NCBI GenBank assembly: GCA_039810425.1
Contig: JBDHWW010000012.1
Span: forward strand, 11,393 to 75,392
From: Pseudobdellovibrionaceae bacterium
GTDB lineage: Bacteria > Bdellovibrionota > Bdellovibrionia > Bdellovibrionales > Bdellovibrionaceae
DNA length: 64,000 bases
Direction: 5' to 3'
The notes under the pieces are model-generated. The model ran no database searches, had not been told where the DNA came from, and worked only from the letters and a program-made list of their open reading frames with translations. This document shows, in pieces, positions 51,880 through 61,550 of the stretch. A program made the position numbers and the translations under genes. Position 1 is the first letter of the stretch; every line of letters starts with the position of its first letter.

Positions 51880-52584
51880 ATGATTCCACGCCCACAACTC
51901 TCTCTCTGCATTCCGGTCACAAGCGACACGGAACTGATTCAAGAGTTTGTGGAAAACGTCAGTCAATTCTTTCAAAAGTTCCCCTTGCCGTATGAAATTC
52001 TTTTCGCTGTGAATCCGCATCAGGATCAAAGTCTGTCTTTACTTCAATACTTAGCCGAACGAAATCCCCATTACCGTATCGTGGAGAACAAATCCAAGCG
52101 CAGCCGCGCTCAAAATATATGCAATTTATTCTCCCAGGCGTATGGTGATGTGCTGATCGCGACGGACCTTGGTCTGGCAGCTCCGCTCAGTGAAGTGTTC
52201 AAGATGCTCGAAGTTTTCTATTCCGATAAGGAAACAGAGGTGGTCTTCGGCAACCGTTTCAAATCGAAGAAGAATCTGGAAACACTTGTCGCCGAAACAG
52301 ACCCGATGGAGGACTTCTTTCGTGATGTTTTGAAGGATAAAACTCGCTGGCCGTTTGCGGACCCCTTCTGCCCGATCGCGGGCGTTCGCCGCACAAGCCT
52401 TGAAAAGATCAAAAACGATTTGAAACCCCGCGGCTGGCACTGCACGCAAGAACTTCAACGTGCCGCCCTCACGCGACAGTTGAAATACCAGGAAATTCCT
52501 ATTTACCTTGGTTCCCGAAAGGGAACCAAGCCCCCGAAATCGGAGCCTTTGTATTTACTCAACTTCATTTTGTTCCGGATTTGA
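51880..52584 (+). CDS. GT2/polyprenol-phosphate glycosyltransferase-like protein, divergent
   Basis: LSLCIP, YEIL, GDVLIATDLGL, VVFGNR, DPFCP pattern of DPM1-like GT2 with altered acidic motifs. Confidence 0.65.
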   Translation: MIPRPQLSLCIPVTSDTELIQEFVENVSQFFQKFPLPYEILFAVNPHQDQSLSLLQYLAERNPHYRIVENKSKRSRAQNICNLFSQAYGDVLIATDLGLAAPLSEVFKMLEVFYSDKETEVVFGNRFKSKKNLETLVAETDPMEDFFRDVLKDKTRWPFADPFCPIAGVRRTSLEKIKNDLKPRGWHCTQELQRAALTRQLKYQEIPIYLGSRKGTKPPKSEPLYLLNFILFRI

Positions 52585-54609
52585 GTTGATTATTTTTTGC
52601 AACAGCTCTTTTGCCTGCGCCACTTGTTTTTGAACGGTGGCGGCATCTTTATAAACTCCCAGCATATCTTCCGGCGCAAAACTCATCACTTGGAAGACCT
52701 CATACTGTTTGGCGATCGCATCGCCGTACTCACGACGAAGGCTGGGCGGGATCCGCACAAGCACGCGCTCCAGTTCGAGCCCCGAAGCCTCCTGCCCCGA
52801 GATACTTCCGAGAACGAGGCTGAAAACATTTATCATCTCAGCCCCAATGCCGCGATAGTCGTTTTTCTTCAAAAGCGCATCCAACTTTTTGTAGCGCTTG
52901 CCCACAAGATCACGCAGATTCTGGCGGCGGCGGCCCCAACCAAGTTCCACTTTCGAGCGCCAAACGAAGAGTAAAGCAACCAAACCATAAATGCCGCCCC
53001 AGAAACCCGGTATCGCGGCAAAATGGAAGCGGCCAGGACTTTCCCAAGTCAGAATCAAATCCGGAAGTACATTTCCTGAAAGCTTGTTCGGTACGGGCGC
53101 TGCTGGAGCGTTCCCTCCGGGAGGTGTCGTACCCGCCGCCCCCACATTGCCGGAAGGCGCATTGGGATTTGGTTCAATGTGCAAAATGATTTCCTGAGTC
53201 TGGCGCTTTTCGTATTTCTTCGCCCGCGGATCAAAAGTACCGACACTGATAGCCGGAATTTTCAATTCGCCTTCTTGGCGCGGGATTAAAAGAACTTCGA
53301 ACTCTTTATAGCTGCGGCCGTTTTTAAAGAACTTCGCGTCTGATTTTGTATCGTAAACTTCCACAGTCTTTGGCCACTCAATCGCCGGGAGCTCAATCAG
53401 TTTCGCATTGCCGGTCCCTTCAAAGCGCACTTTCAAGCTGAACGGCTGGTTCACCAGAAAATTCTGCCCATCGGCTGTTGCATGCACATCAAACTGCCCA
53501 ACCGCACCCGAGAAATCAGACGGGCGGCCTTCTTGCGGGAGTGGCTTCACGTTGATTTTCACGCGCTGGGAACTTTTGGTGTACTCGTAAGCCTGGCCAA
53601 AACCAAAACCGCCAAAGCCACTGGTCGGAAGGCGCACGCGGGACTTGATTTTGTATTCATCAATCACCGCCGTGCCCGCTTTAATCGGAAATAGCGCGTG
53701 CGAAGCAAGCAAGGCCTTCTTATACACAACGCCGTTGATGATCTCTTCGCTGAACTGGATGGATGGGACCTCTTCGATGATCTCTTTCCAGAAACCTTTT
53801 AAGTCCGGAAACTTCAAGCGATCCAAGCTCTCCATCTGGCCGCGGGTATAAATGTACCAACTTGCGGTGACTTGTTCGCCTTCATAGACATCGGTTTTAT
53901 CCACTTCCACTTGAATAAAGAAAGCCTCATTCGGATTTGATGGCAAGGACCTGTACTGCGGCTCTGCTTGGGGGCGGCCGTTGTTGACTCCGGGGCCTAC
54001 TCCACCTCCCATGCTCGGAGGCATGGCCCCACCACGGCGTTGAAGGAGCTGGTTGAAAAGCTCCTCTTCGGCACGATCCATTTCATCCATCAAATCTTGA
54101 CCAGGCACATTGCCACCAAAACCCTGCTGCATCTGACGACGTAGCTGCTGGGCGCGCGATCCGCCACGCGGCTGAACCGCACCACGGCCGGAACCGGCTT
54201 CACCGACTGAAATAGTCACAGGCTGCGTGTTATAAACCTTACCTTCAACCACAACTTCAAAGGCTCCGACGCTGTAAGTGCCTTTTTTGCGAGGAGCGAG
54301 AAGGTAACTAAAATCCTTCCGGCGTTGAACTTCAAACTGCATGCCGCCGGAGCCGTTCACTAATCTTTGCGAGGTGCTGCTGGATTGCCAGCTGTTGAGA
54401 AGCTCAAAGCCATCCATATCCGGAGCGCGCGGCTCCTTGATGTCGACAGATTCATCAGAAATAACAGAGACCGCAAGAGTAAATGAATCCCCCACCGCCA
54501 TTTCATTGCGATCGACTGTGGCTTGCACGCTGACTTTGGCCATCGCGGCCGGCGCAACGAACGCCGCTAACAAAAGAGCCTGACATAAATACTTACCAAT
54601 CTTTGTCAC
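52555..54609 (-). CDS. batD: BatD family protein
   Basis: signal peptide; VYEGEQV, VKPLP...FSGAVGQF, GTGN, FDP...Y; C-terminal TM; bat operon position. Confidence 0.88.
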   Translation of the reverse strand: MTKIGKYLCQALLLAAFVAPAAMAKVSVQATVDRNEMAVGDSFTLAVSVISDESVDIKEPRAPDMDGFELLNSWQSSSTSQRLVNGSGGMQFEVQRRKDFSYLLAPRKKGTYSVGAFEVVVEGKVYNTQPVTISVGEAGSGRGAVQPRGGSRAQQLRRQMQQGFGGNVPGQDLMDEMDRAEEELFNQLLQRRGGAMPPSMGGGVGPGVNNGRPQAEPQYRSLPSNPNEAFFIQVEVDKTDVYEGEQVTASWYIYTRGQMESLDRLKFPDLKGFWKEIIEEVPSIQFSEEIINGVVYKKALLASHALFPIKAGTAVIDEYKIKSRVRLPTSGFGGFGFGQAYEYTKSSQRVKINVKPLPQEGRPSDFSGAVGQFDVHATADGQNFLVNQPFSLKVRFEGTGNAKLIELPAIEWPKTVEVYDTKSDAKFFKNGRSYKEFEVLLIPRQEGELKIPAISVGTFDPRAKKYEKRQTQEIILHIEPNPNAPSGNVGAAGTTPPGGNAPAAPVPNKLSGNVLPDLILTWESPGRFHFAAIPGFWGGIYGLVALLFVWRSKVELGWGRRRQNLRDLVGKRYKKLDALLKKNDYRGIGAEMINVFSLVLGSISGQEASGLELERVLVRIPPSLRREYGDAIAKQYEVFQVMSFAPEDMLGVYKDAATVQKQVAQAKELLQKIINSNPEQNEVE

Positions 54610-55432
54610 GAGGCTGCTCCTTCACTTCCTTACGATTGTACTCAGAACGAATTTTTTGTTCTTGCTGCTTAATTTCACCGAGGATCTTTTTCACATCCCC
54701 TTCGGAAAGCTCTTGGCCCTTGAAAGGACGCGGCTGTTGTTTTGGGTTCTGACCGTATTGCCGAGGCGACTCTTTTTTCTTATCCTTACCGTCTTTGTCG
54801 TCCTGCTTCTGATCCTTATTATCTTTCTGATCTTTCTTTTGGTCTTGATTGTCTTTTTGATCTTGCTTGTCTTGCTGATTTTTATCTTGGTCTTTTTGAT
54901 CCTTTTGATCTTTCTTATCATCGCCGCCACCTTTTTGGTCTTGCTGCTGCAACTGGATCAAAAGTTCAATATTGTGTTTCGTCTCTTTTGAAGCGGGCTC
55001 AACGCCGAGGGCCTTTTGATAAAGTGCCAAAGCCTCATCGACTTTTTTTTCTTTACCAAGAAGTTGTGCTTGATTGAAGTACGCCATGAATTTGACGTCA
55101 TCATTCTTTGCGTACTTTAACGCGTTTTCGTAAGACGGCGCGGCTTTCTCAGGCTGCTTTTGCCCTTCATAGGTCAGACCCAAATCCAGGTGCGTTTCTG
55201 CCGAAAACGGATCAAACTCGAGGGTTTTAATATAACTGTCAAAGGCGGTCGTGTAGTTCTGCGCTTTTAACTGCGTGTTCGCCTGACGATTGAGCCAGAG
55301 CGATTTCAAATGCGGAAAATTCACTGAATACGACCAGGACGGTGAAATACGAATGAGGCCACTCCAGCTTAAAAAACAGAGCGATAGAACCAACATCAAG
55401 ATGAGCAGAAGGGCCATTGTCAGCTTCTTCAT
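54593..55432 (-). CDS. batC: BatC-like TPR protein with D/Q/K-rich linker
   Basis: TPR repeats, K.NIEL, low-complexity DQK tract, C-terminal KDW. Confidence 0.78.
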   Translation of the reverse strand: MKKLTMALLLILMLVLSLCFLSWSGLIRISPSWSYSVNFPHLKSLWLNRQANTQLKAQNYTTAFDSYIKTLEFDPFSAETHLDLGLTYEGQKQPEKAAPSYENALKYAKNDDVKFMAYFNQAQLLGKEKKVDEALALYQKALGVEPASKETKHNIELLIQLQQQDQKGGGDDKKDQKDQKDQDKNQQDKQDQKDNQDQKKDQKDNKDQKQDDKDGKDKKKESPRQYGQNPKQQPRPFKGQELSEGDVKKILGEIKQQEQKIRSEYNRKEVKEQPRDKDW

Positions 55433-56490
55433 ACCGGCGGCACCTCAAAACGACCCTTCCACAAACGGAAGCCCGCGCGTCGTTCACCCAAAAACAGTTC
55501 CACCAGGCCTAATAAAACTCCAATCAGCAAAAACAATTGAAAGCGTTCCTCGTACTGAATGGCCATCTTGGATTCAAACTCCGCTTTTTCGAGCTTTTCG
55601 AGATCGTTTGCGACACTTTTAATATAGTCACTGCCGTAGGTCGCAAAATAGAAAGAGCCCTCACCGGCCGCAGCCAGCGCCCGCAGTTCGTCCCCCTTCA
55701 CGGTTGTAATGACCGTTTGGCCCGAGCGATCCTTTTTATTGGCCTTCCAAAAACCCATGCCGTCTTTCATTGGAATCGGGCCGCCTTTTTCAGTTCCGTA
55801 GGCCAGAGTAAATATCTTCACGCCGGACTGCGCGAGCTTCTTCGCCGCTTCAATCGCCCCCGGCTCGTGATCTTCACCGTCGGAGGCGATCAAGATCACC
55901 CGAGTGACTTTTGTTGTATCATCATTCGCGACACCGCCACGCTTGAAAGAATCCACCGCGAGCTTTAGCGCCTCCTCAAAGCTCGTGCCTTGGCTGCTGA
56001 CGGAAGAAGGACTCAAAGATTCGAGATACATTTTGACCGCGTTCGGGTCATTTGAGAGCGGCGCCAACACCGCCGCCGAACCCGCAAAAGCAATGACCCC
56101 CACGCGGTTTCCCGGCAGGCGATCGAGCAAACGGCTTAAATCCGTCTTCGCTTGCTCCAAACGGCTTGGGCGCACATCTTCGGCAAGCATGCTTTCAGAG
56201 ACGTCGACGGCGAACATGATCTCGACGCCCTCGCTTTTAATCTCTTGCATGCTTTGCCCCATTTGCGGGCGCGACAATGCCATCACAAAGAATAGAATCA
56301 CTAGACCTTGCAAAACGCGCTTGATGTTGCGTTTTTTAGAAGACACCGAGCTTGAAAGGAACGGATACAAACGCGCGCCGATGACTCCGGCCATTTTCGC
56401 CTGCGCGCGTTTTTGAAAAAGCACGGCCAGAACCCACAGCAGTGGGATCGTCCAAAGAAAGTAAAATGCCATGGGATTTTCAAATCGCAT
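55429..56490 (-). CDS. batB: BatB-like VWA membrane protein
   Basis: DVSESM MIDAS, SDGEDH, GTEKGGPIP; N- and C-terminal TMs. Confidence 0.85.
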   Translation of the reverse strand: MRFENPMAFYFLWTIPLLWVLAVLFQKRAQAKMAGVIGARLYPFLSSSVSSKKRNIKRVLQGLVILFFVMALSRPQMGQSMQEIKSEGVEIMFAVDVSESMLAEDVRPSRLEQAKTDLSRLLDRLPGNRVGVIAFAGSAAVLAPLSNDPNAVKMYLESLSPSSVSSQGTSFEEALKLAVDSFKRGGVANDDTTKVTRVILIASDGEDHEPGAIEAAKKLAQSGVKIFTLAYGTEKGGPIPMKDGMGFWKANKKDRSGQTVITTVKGDELRALAAAGEGSFYFATYGSDYIKSVANDLEKLEKAEFESKMAIQYEERFQLFLLIGVLLGLVELFLGERRAGFRLWKGRFEVPPV

Positions 56491-57503
56491 TATGGCACCC
56501 TCCTTAAGAAGGTCGTCACCAGCAGCGTCGCTATCAGATAACAAATCAAAGCAGCTTGCAGGTATGGCGGGAACTTTTCCGTATAGCGAGTGTACTTATT
56601 CACGTCGACCTTGGTTTTTTCCAAAGAGTCGATCTCTTTAAAAATGCCCTCAAGGGAGTCTTCCTTTGAAGCACGGAAGTATTTACCACCGGTATCTTTC
56701 GCCATCCGCGAAAGCAAATCTTCATTTACCGTGCTATCAAATGGCTGATACGTTTTTACCTTATTGCCGAAAATGTCCCGCTGATAGATTGGGATCTTCG
56801 TCGGCCCATCTTTACCGATGCCGATTGAATAGATTTTCAGATCATAGCCCTTTGCGATTTCCAGGGCCGTTTCAGGGTCAATCGTCCCACTGTTGTTTTC
56901 CCCGTCCGTCATAAAGATCATGATGCGGCTTTTCGCCGTAGAGTCTTTCAAGCGGCCTGCGGCATTCGCCAATGCAACCCCGATCGCCGTACCGTCTTTG
57001 ATATTGGCGTTTGCTGCGGTCGTGATTTCTTTAACCCGTTCGAGGATGAGTTGATAATCCAAGGTCAGCGGAACCAGCGTAAAACTTTCGCCGGCGAAAA
57101 CCACAAGACCGATCCGATCCGATGTCCGTTTTTCAATAAACTGCCGAATAGTTTCTTTCGCGGCCTCCAACCGATTTGTCGGCTTCATGTCCTCAATCAG
57201 CATACTGTCAGAAACGTCGAGGCAGATCACGATGTCGATCCCCTCCACGTTCTTCTTTACTTTTGTATTCGCTTCCTGCGGCCGTGCCAATGCCACAATC
57301 GCCAACCCCAAAGCCACGGCTTTTAGAAGCGACGGTAACATCATAAAACGAGTGCGTGGACTTGGCGGAATCGATTTAATTAATTTTAACGAACTAAACT
57401 GCAGTGAAGGAATCTTGCGCTTGCGGTGCAAGAAGTTCCAAACCAGAATCGCGACTAATGGGACAAAAAGAGCCAGCGCCCAAAGGGTTTTCAACGACGT
57501 CAT
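56490..57503 (-). CDS. batA: BatA-like VWA membrane protein
   Basis: ALARPQ, DVSDSM MIDAS, DGTAIG, TDGENNSG. Confidence 0.88.
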   Translation of the reverse strand: MTSLKTLWALALFVPLVAILVWNFLHRKRKIPSLQFSSLKLIKSIPPSPRTRFMMLPSLLKAVALGLAIVALARPQEANTKVKKNVEGIDIVICLDVSDSMLIEDMKPTNRLEAAKETIRQFIEKRTSDRIGLVVFAGESFTLVPLTLDYQLILERVKEITTAANANIKDGTAIGVALANAAGRLKDSTAKSRIMIFMTDGENNSGTIDPETALEIAKGYDLKIYSIGIGKDGPTKIPIYQRDIFGNKVKTYQPFDSTVNEDLLSRMAKDTGGKYFRASKEDSLEGIFKEIDSLEKTKVDVNKYTRYTEKFPPYLQAALICYLIATLLVTTFLRRVP

Positions 57504-58435
57504 CGTGCCCCCTTCTTTGCGGTCTCTTCACGGTTCATAAAGGCCTCAATACCTTCCAGAGTCTTACGGAGAGTTTCAGACAACTGACTCACGTCGCTTG
57601 CAGAAAGTTTCGCCTTCATCGTCTCAGCTTTTTTAAATTCCGTGAACAAAGCACGGATCTTACCCGCGTACTCCGCGTACACCAGAGGATGGTAGCGGCG
57701 GATATCGTTTAAGATCAATCTTTCGCCCCATTCAAACGCCGGCACATGCAAGCGGCGACTCACGAAAATTTTAAACATGCGAGAAAGTTCCGTCACGCCG
57801 CTATGAAGATCCTCAACCGTGCCTTCTTTGCCGTAAAATACGGGATTGGCGCGCTGGAGTTTGCGCATTGTTTGATGGAATTCCTGCAACGGACTGAGGG
57901 CCACATCGTGCTCTTTCAGGCGCAGCAACATTTCACGGCGTTGATTTAAACGCCAGATACGCAAGAACACCATCAAGGCCACAAAGCCGATGGAGCCCAA
58001 TAAAACCAACCAATAGAGCAAAGGCACGGGAATCACCGCCGGACCGAAAGGGCCAAACGGCTCCGGCTTTGCCGGTGGCCCCTGGCCTTGTTGCATCGCT
58101 GCGGCTGGATCGGGTTTTGGCAAAACACTGGCGACTTCAAACTGCAATGGCCCGAGATCGATTTCTTTTGCCCCGTCGGTCAGAAGCAGCTGCGGGATTT
58201 GAACTTTACCGGCGATATAAGTCGTCACTTTGATGTCGGCCTCTTCGGGCGAACGGAACTCAAAGCCCATAACTTTAAGGGCGTACTTCATATTGCCATC
58301 GCCCTTAAAGCTTAACTTTTCCTGATTGAGATCTTTCGGCCAATCGCCTTTGCAATTTAAATAGAATTCCCGGCCCACTGTGAGCTGATTGTCCTCAAGA
58401 CCTGAGATTTTAGGAATGTCCAAATTGCACTGCAT
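57500..58435 (-). CDS. membrane protein of moxR-bat operon (DUF4381-like position)
   Basis: single central TM; located between DUF58 and batA. Confidence 0.65.
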   Translation of the reverse strand: MQCNLDIPKISGLEDNQLTVGREFYLNCKGDWPKDLNQEKLSFKGDGNMKYALKVMGFEFRSPEEADIKVTTYIAGKVQIPQLLLTDGAKEIDLGPLQFEVASVLPKPDPAAAMQQGQGPPAKPEPFGPFGPAVIPVPLLYWLVLLGSIGFVALMVFLRIWRLNQRREMLLRLKEHDVALSPLQEFHQTMRKLQRANPVFYGKEGTVEDLHSGVTELSRMFKIFVSRRLHVPAFEWGERLILNDIRRYHPLVYAEYAGKIRALFTEFKKAETMKAKLSASDVSQLSETLRKTLEGIEAFMNREETAKKGAR

Positions 58436-58442
58436 ATATCAA

Positions 58443-59309
58443 CTATCTCTTTTTGAAGAACGCCACGAGTGGGTCTATGTAGTTCCCACTCGAGTTCACA
58501 TCCACCCGTTCCACTTGTGCCAGGCGAAGCTGCTTATCACGCACCTCTTGGCGTTTTTTAAGCTCACGCAAATAATCGCGCTGAAACACGGAGGACGACG
58601 TATCGACCGTAATCACTTCGCCGGTTTCAGGATCTTGGAGTTCAACCACGCCCAAATCCGGCAACTGCGCTTCGGCCGCATCATTTACCACGCAGGCGAC
58701 CACTTCATGTCTTCGCCCCAAAAGGCGCAAAGCCTGTTCATAGTTATCATCAAAAAAGTCCGAGAAAATAAACACGGTTGCGCGCTTCTTCAACAATCCC
58801 TGCAAATAAGTAAGGGCACTCGAAATCTTGGTCTCGTGGCTCTTAGGTTTATAGTAGAACAAATCGCGCAAGATACGATGAACATGCCCCCGGCCTTTTT
58901 TCGGCGGCACAAAGTGCTCAACCTGATCGCTAAACAACAGCAAACCCACTTGGTCATTGTTTTTAACCGCCGAAAACGCGAGTAACGCCGCCAATTGAGT
59001 CATCACTTCGCCTTTGAAATAGCCACCGGTTCCAAAATCCGTCGAGCCGCTCACGTCGACCGCGAGAATAATTGTCAACTCACGTTCTTCTTCAAAAGTT
59101 TTGATATAGGTCTTTCCGGTGCGCGCCGTGAGCGGCCACGAAATCGCGCGCACGTCATCGCCCGGAACGTATTCTCGGAAATCCGAGAAAGTCATCCCTT
59201 GCCCTTTGAAGTGAGTGTGGTACTCACCCGCAAAGAGATTGTTCACAAGTTTTCTTGTGTTGATCTCAAGAAGCTTAACCTTCTTGAGAACCTCAGGGGG
59301 CAGGCCCAA
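58443..59309 (-). CDS. DUF58 domain protein
   Basis: GQGMTFSDFREYVPGDDVR.I.W..TAR, DVSGS, SDF. Confidence 0.93.
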   Translation of the reverse strand: MGLPPEVLKKVKLLEINTRKLVNNLFAGEYHTHFKGQGMTFSDFREYVPGDDVRAISWPLTARTGKTYIKTFEEERELTIILAVDVSGSTDFGTGGYFKGEVMTQLAALLAFSAVKNNDQVGLLLFSDQVEHFVPPKKGRGHVHRILRDLFYYKPKSHETKISSALTYLQGLLKKRATVFIFSDFFDDNYEQALRLLGRRHEVVACVVNDAAEAQLPDLGVVELQDPETGEVITVDTSSSVFQRDYLRELKKRQEVRDKQLRLAQVERVDVNSSGNYIDPLVAFFKKR

Positions 59310-59310
59310 G

Positions 59311-60303
59311 CTAATTCACCTCAATTTGTGTCAAGATTTCTTTGATCACATCGTCAGTTCTAATATTTTCGGCTTCCGCTTCGTAAGTCAGAATCATACG
59401 GTGACGAAGAACCTTGTAAGCAATCGCCTTCACGTCCTCTGCGGTGACATAACCACGTCCGCGAATAAACGCATGGGCTTTTGCGGCACGGAACAACCCG
59501 ATAGTGGCGCGCGGGGAACCACCGACATTCACCAAGTTGGCAATACGGCTCAGGCCATATTCTCCCGGGTGACGAGACGCCATCACGATCTCAACGATGT
59601 AGTTTTTTATCTTATTATCAACATAGATTTGATCCGCGCGCGAAGACACGCGCAAAAGGTCTTCTTTTGAGATCACCGGGCTCACGACAGGCTTTTGATT
59701 CGTGCCCATGCGGTTTAAAATTTCAAGTTCATCTCCCTTTGTTGGGTAAATGACGTTGATCTTGAACATAAAACGGTCCATTTGCGCTTCTGGCAGCGGG
59801 TAAGTGCCCTCTTGCTCAAGCGGATTCTGAGTCGCCAAAACCAGAAAAGGGTTTTCGAGCCCGTAGGATTGCTCACCGATCGTAACTTGCTTTTCAGCCA
59901 TCGCCTCCAGCAGGGCGGATTGAACTTTCGCCGGCGCACGATTGATCTCGTCGGCCAGCACGATATTCGTGAATACGGGACCCTTACGCGGATTGAATTC
60001 TCCGGTTTTAGGGTTAAAAATCATGGTCCCGATGAGGTCCGTCGGCAGCAGGTCGGGAGTGAATTGAATGCGCTGAAAATCGAGAGAGATTGTCTTTGAA
60101 ACCGTCGCGATCGTCAGCGTCTTCGCAAGTCCCGGCACACCTTCCAGGAGAATGTGACCACCGGTGAGGAGCCCCATCATAATCCCTTCGACCATTTCCT
60201 TCTGGCCCACCACGACCTTGCTGATTTCTTGCATCATCTTATCAACGAATTGGCTTTCTTGTTTTATCGCAGCATTCAACGCCAGAATATCGATTTCGCT
60301 CAC
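59311..60303 (-). CDS. moxR: MoxR family AAA+ ATPase
   Basis: EGVPGLAKT, RIQFTPDLLP, DEINRAPAKVQSALLEAM, ATQNP.EQEGTYPLPEAQMDRF. Confidence 0.95.
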   Translation of the reverse strand: MSEIDILALNAAIKQESQFVDKMMQEISKVVVGQKEMVEGIMMGLLTGGHILLEGVPGLAKTLTIATVSKTISLDFQRIQFTPDLLPTDLIGTMIFNPKTGEFNPRKGPVFTNIVLADEINRAPAKVQSALLEAMAEKQVTIGEQSYGLENPFLVLATQNPLEQEGTYPLPEAQMDRFMFKINVIYPTKGDELEILNRMGTNQKPVVSPVISKEDLLRVSSRADQIYVDNKIKNYIVEIVMASRHPGEYGLSRIANLVNVGGSPRATIGLFRAAKAHAFIRGRGYVTAEDVKAIAYKVLRHRMILTYEAEAENIRTDDVIKEILTQIEVN

Positions 60304-60430
60304 AAAATACCTCCGATGAGACCAAGGTTTATTTCACAATTTTGCTGTGATATTCGCAAGCTAAGTCTTGCTGCCGCTACGCGCCACTTACGGTTGCCAA
60401 CACCTTCAGTGCATGGGACAAAATAAGAGT

Positions 60431-61264
60431 ATGACAGCAAACTCTACCAAGGTCTGGATTTTCATTCTAATAAGCTCCCTCACACTGCTGATTCTTGGCT
60501 ACGAAATCGGCGAACGCGCGGGGCTCTTCATTGGGTTCTTGTGTTCCGTGGGCTTAAACTTCTTCGTCTTCTTTTACGGAGAGTCGCAAATATTGAATTC
60601 GCTTCACGCCAAACAAATCAAAGGCCAAGATGCCTGGGGCCTGGAAGAAGTTTTAGAAAAGTACTCCGCCCACTTGGGGATCGAAGCTCCGGATCTTTAC
60701 TTAGTCCCTTCTGAAACTGAAACCGCGTTCTGCGTAAACCACCTGTGGCGGCGCGGCTCGCTGGCGGTCACCACGGGATTGTTGAAGTGCTTCCACAAAG
60801 AAGACCTCGAAGCGGTTCTTGCCTATCAACTCTGTTCACTAAATAAGTTGGATTCCTTCACGGTGGGAGTCACCAGCACGCTTGCCAATGCGCTGATCGG
60901 TTTAGGACTTTTGCTCGATCATTTCTGGCCGCCGAATTATTTTTTACTCAAGGGCCAAAAACAAAAGCCCTTCTTGAGGTTTTTCACTCCGATCGGCTGG
61001 GGACTTATTAAGCTCGCCAACGGGCACAAGCGTTTTTACCAAAATGATTTACAAGCCGCGGAGCTTATTCACGACCGTTTCCGGATGGCTGAAGTCTTAT
61101 GGCGTCTTGAGGGCTTGGCGCAAACTCAGCCGCTGCGCCCCCCGCCGTGCTCAAGTCATTTATTTATTGTGAACCCAGAGGGCTATCACCAGAAATTATT
61201 ATTCAAATCCCATCCTTCGATCGAAGTTCGTTTGCAAAAACTGATGGGATATTATCCGATCTAA
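60431..61264 (+). CDS. HtpX/M48 family homolog lacking the HEXXH motif
   Basis: N-terminal TMs, P.LY, AF, AVTTGLL, ELEAVLA-like DLEAVLAYQLCS, HLFIVNP, SHP..E.R. Confidence 0.8.
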   Translation: MTANSTKVWIFILISSLTLLILGYEIGERAGLFIGFLCSVGLNFFVFFYGESQILNSLHAKQIKGQDAWGLEEVLEKYSAHLGIEAPDLYLVPSETETAFCVNHLWRRGSLAVTTGLLKCFHKEDLEAVLAYQLCSLNKLDSFTVGVTSTLANALIGLGLLLDHFWPPNYFLLKGQKQKPFLRFFTPIGWGLIKLANGHKRFYQNDLQAAELIHDRFRMAEVLWRLEGLAQTQPLRPPPCSSHLFIVNPEGYHQKLLFKSHPSIEVRLQKLMGYYPI

Positions 61265-61276
61265 AAGAGGTTTTTC

Positions 61277-61525
61277 ATGCCGGAAAAAATGGAAGCATCG
61301 TTTTCTATTCTTGCTATGTCTATCGCTTCATCGGCCGTGATGTCGATGGGCCTTGCCCCCGATCCGAACACCGGCAAAACCAGCAAGGATAAAAACATGG
61401 CTCGTTTCAACATTGATCTGCTCATGATGTTACAAGAGAAAACAAAGAATAATTTAAATAAGGAAGAACAGCAGTTCCTTGAAAACATAATCAGCGATTT
61501 GCAAGTTAAGTTTGTGCAGGCATAA
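61277..61525 (+). CDS. DUF1844 domain protein
   Basis: F...S.A..A..MG..PDP.TG....A...ID.L..L.EKTK.NL...E pattern. Confidence 0.85.
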   Translation: MPEKMEASFSILAMSIASSAVMSMGLAPDPNTGKTSKDKNMARFNIDLLMMLQEKTKNNLNKEEQQFLENIISDLQVKFVQA

Positions 61526-61550
61526 AGCACGCTTTCAGGAGAAGACACCC

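Noticed and set aside
54656..55077. Hydrophobic plus-strand ORFs and repeat-like DNA
   Set aside because: Antisense of the DQK-rich linker typical of BatC-like proteins; not CRISPR (no constant repeat with unique spacers)
52555..60303. moxR-DUF58-bat operon as a novel system
   Set aside because: Well-known, widespread MoxR/VWA (Bat) arrangement; the absence of a separate batE is common
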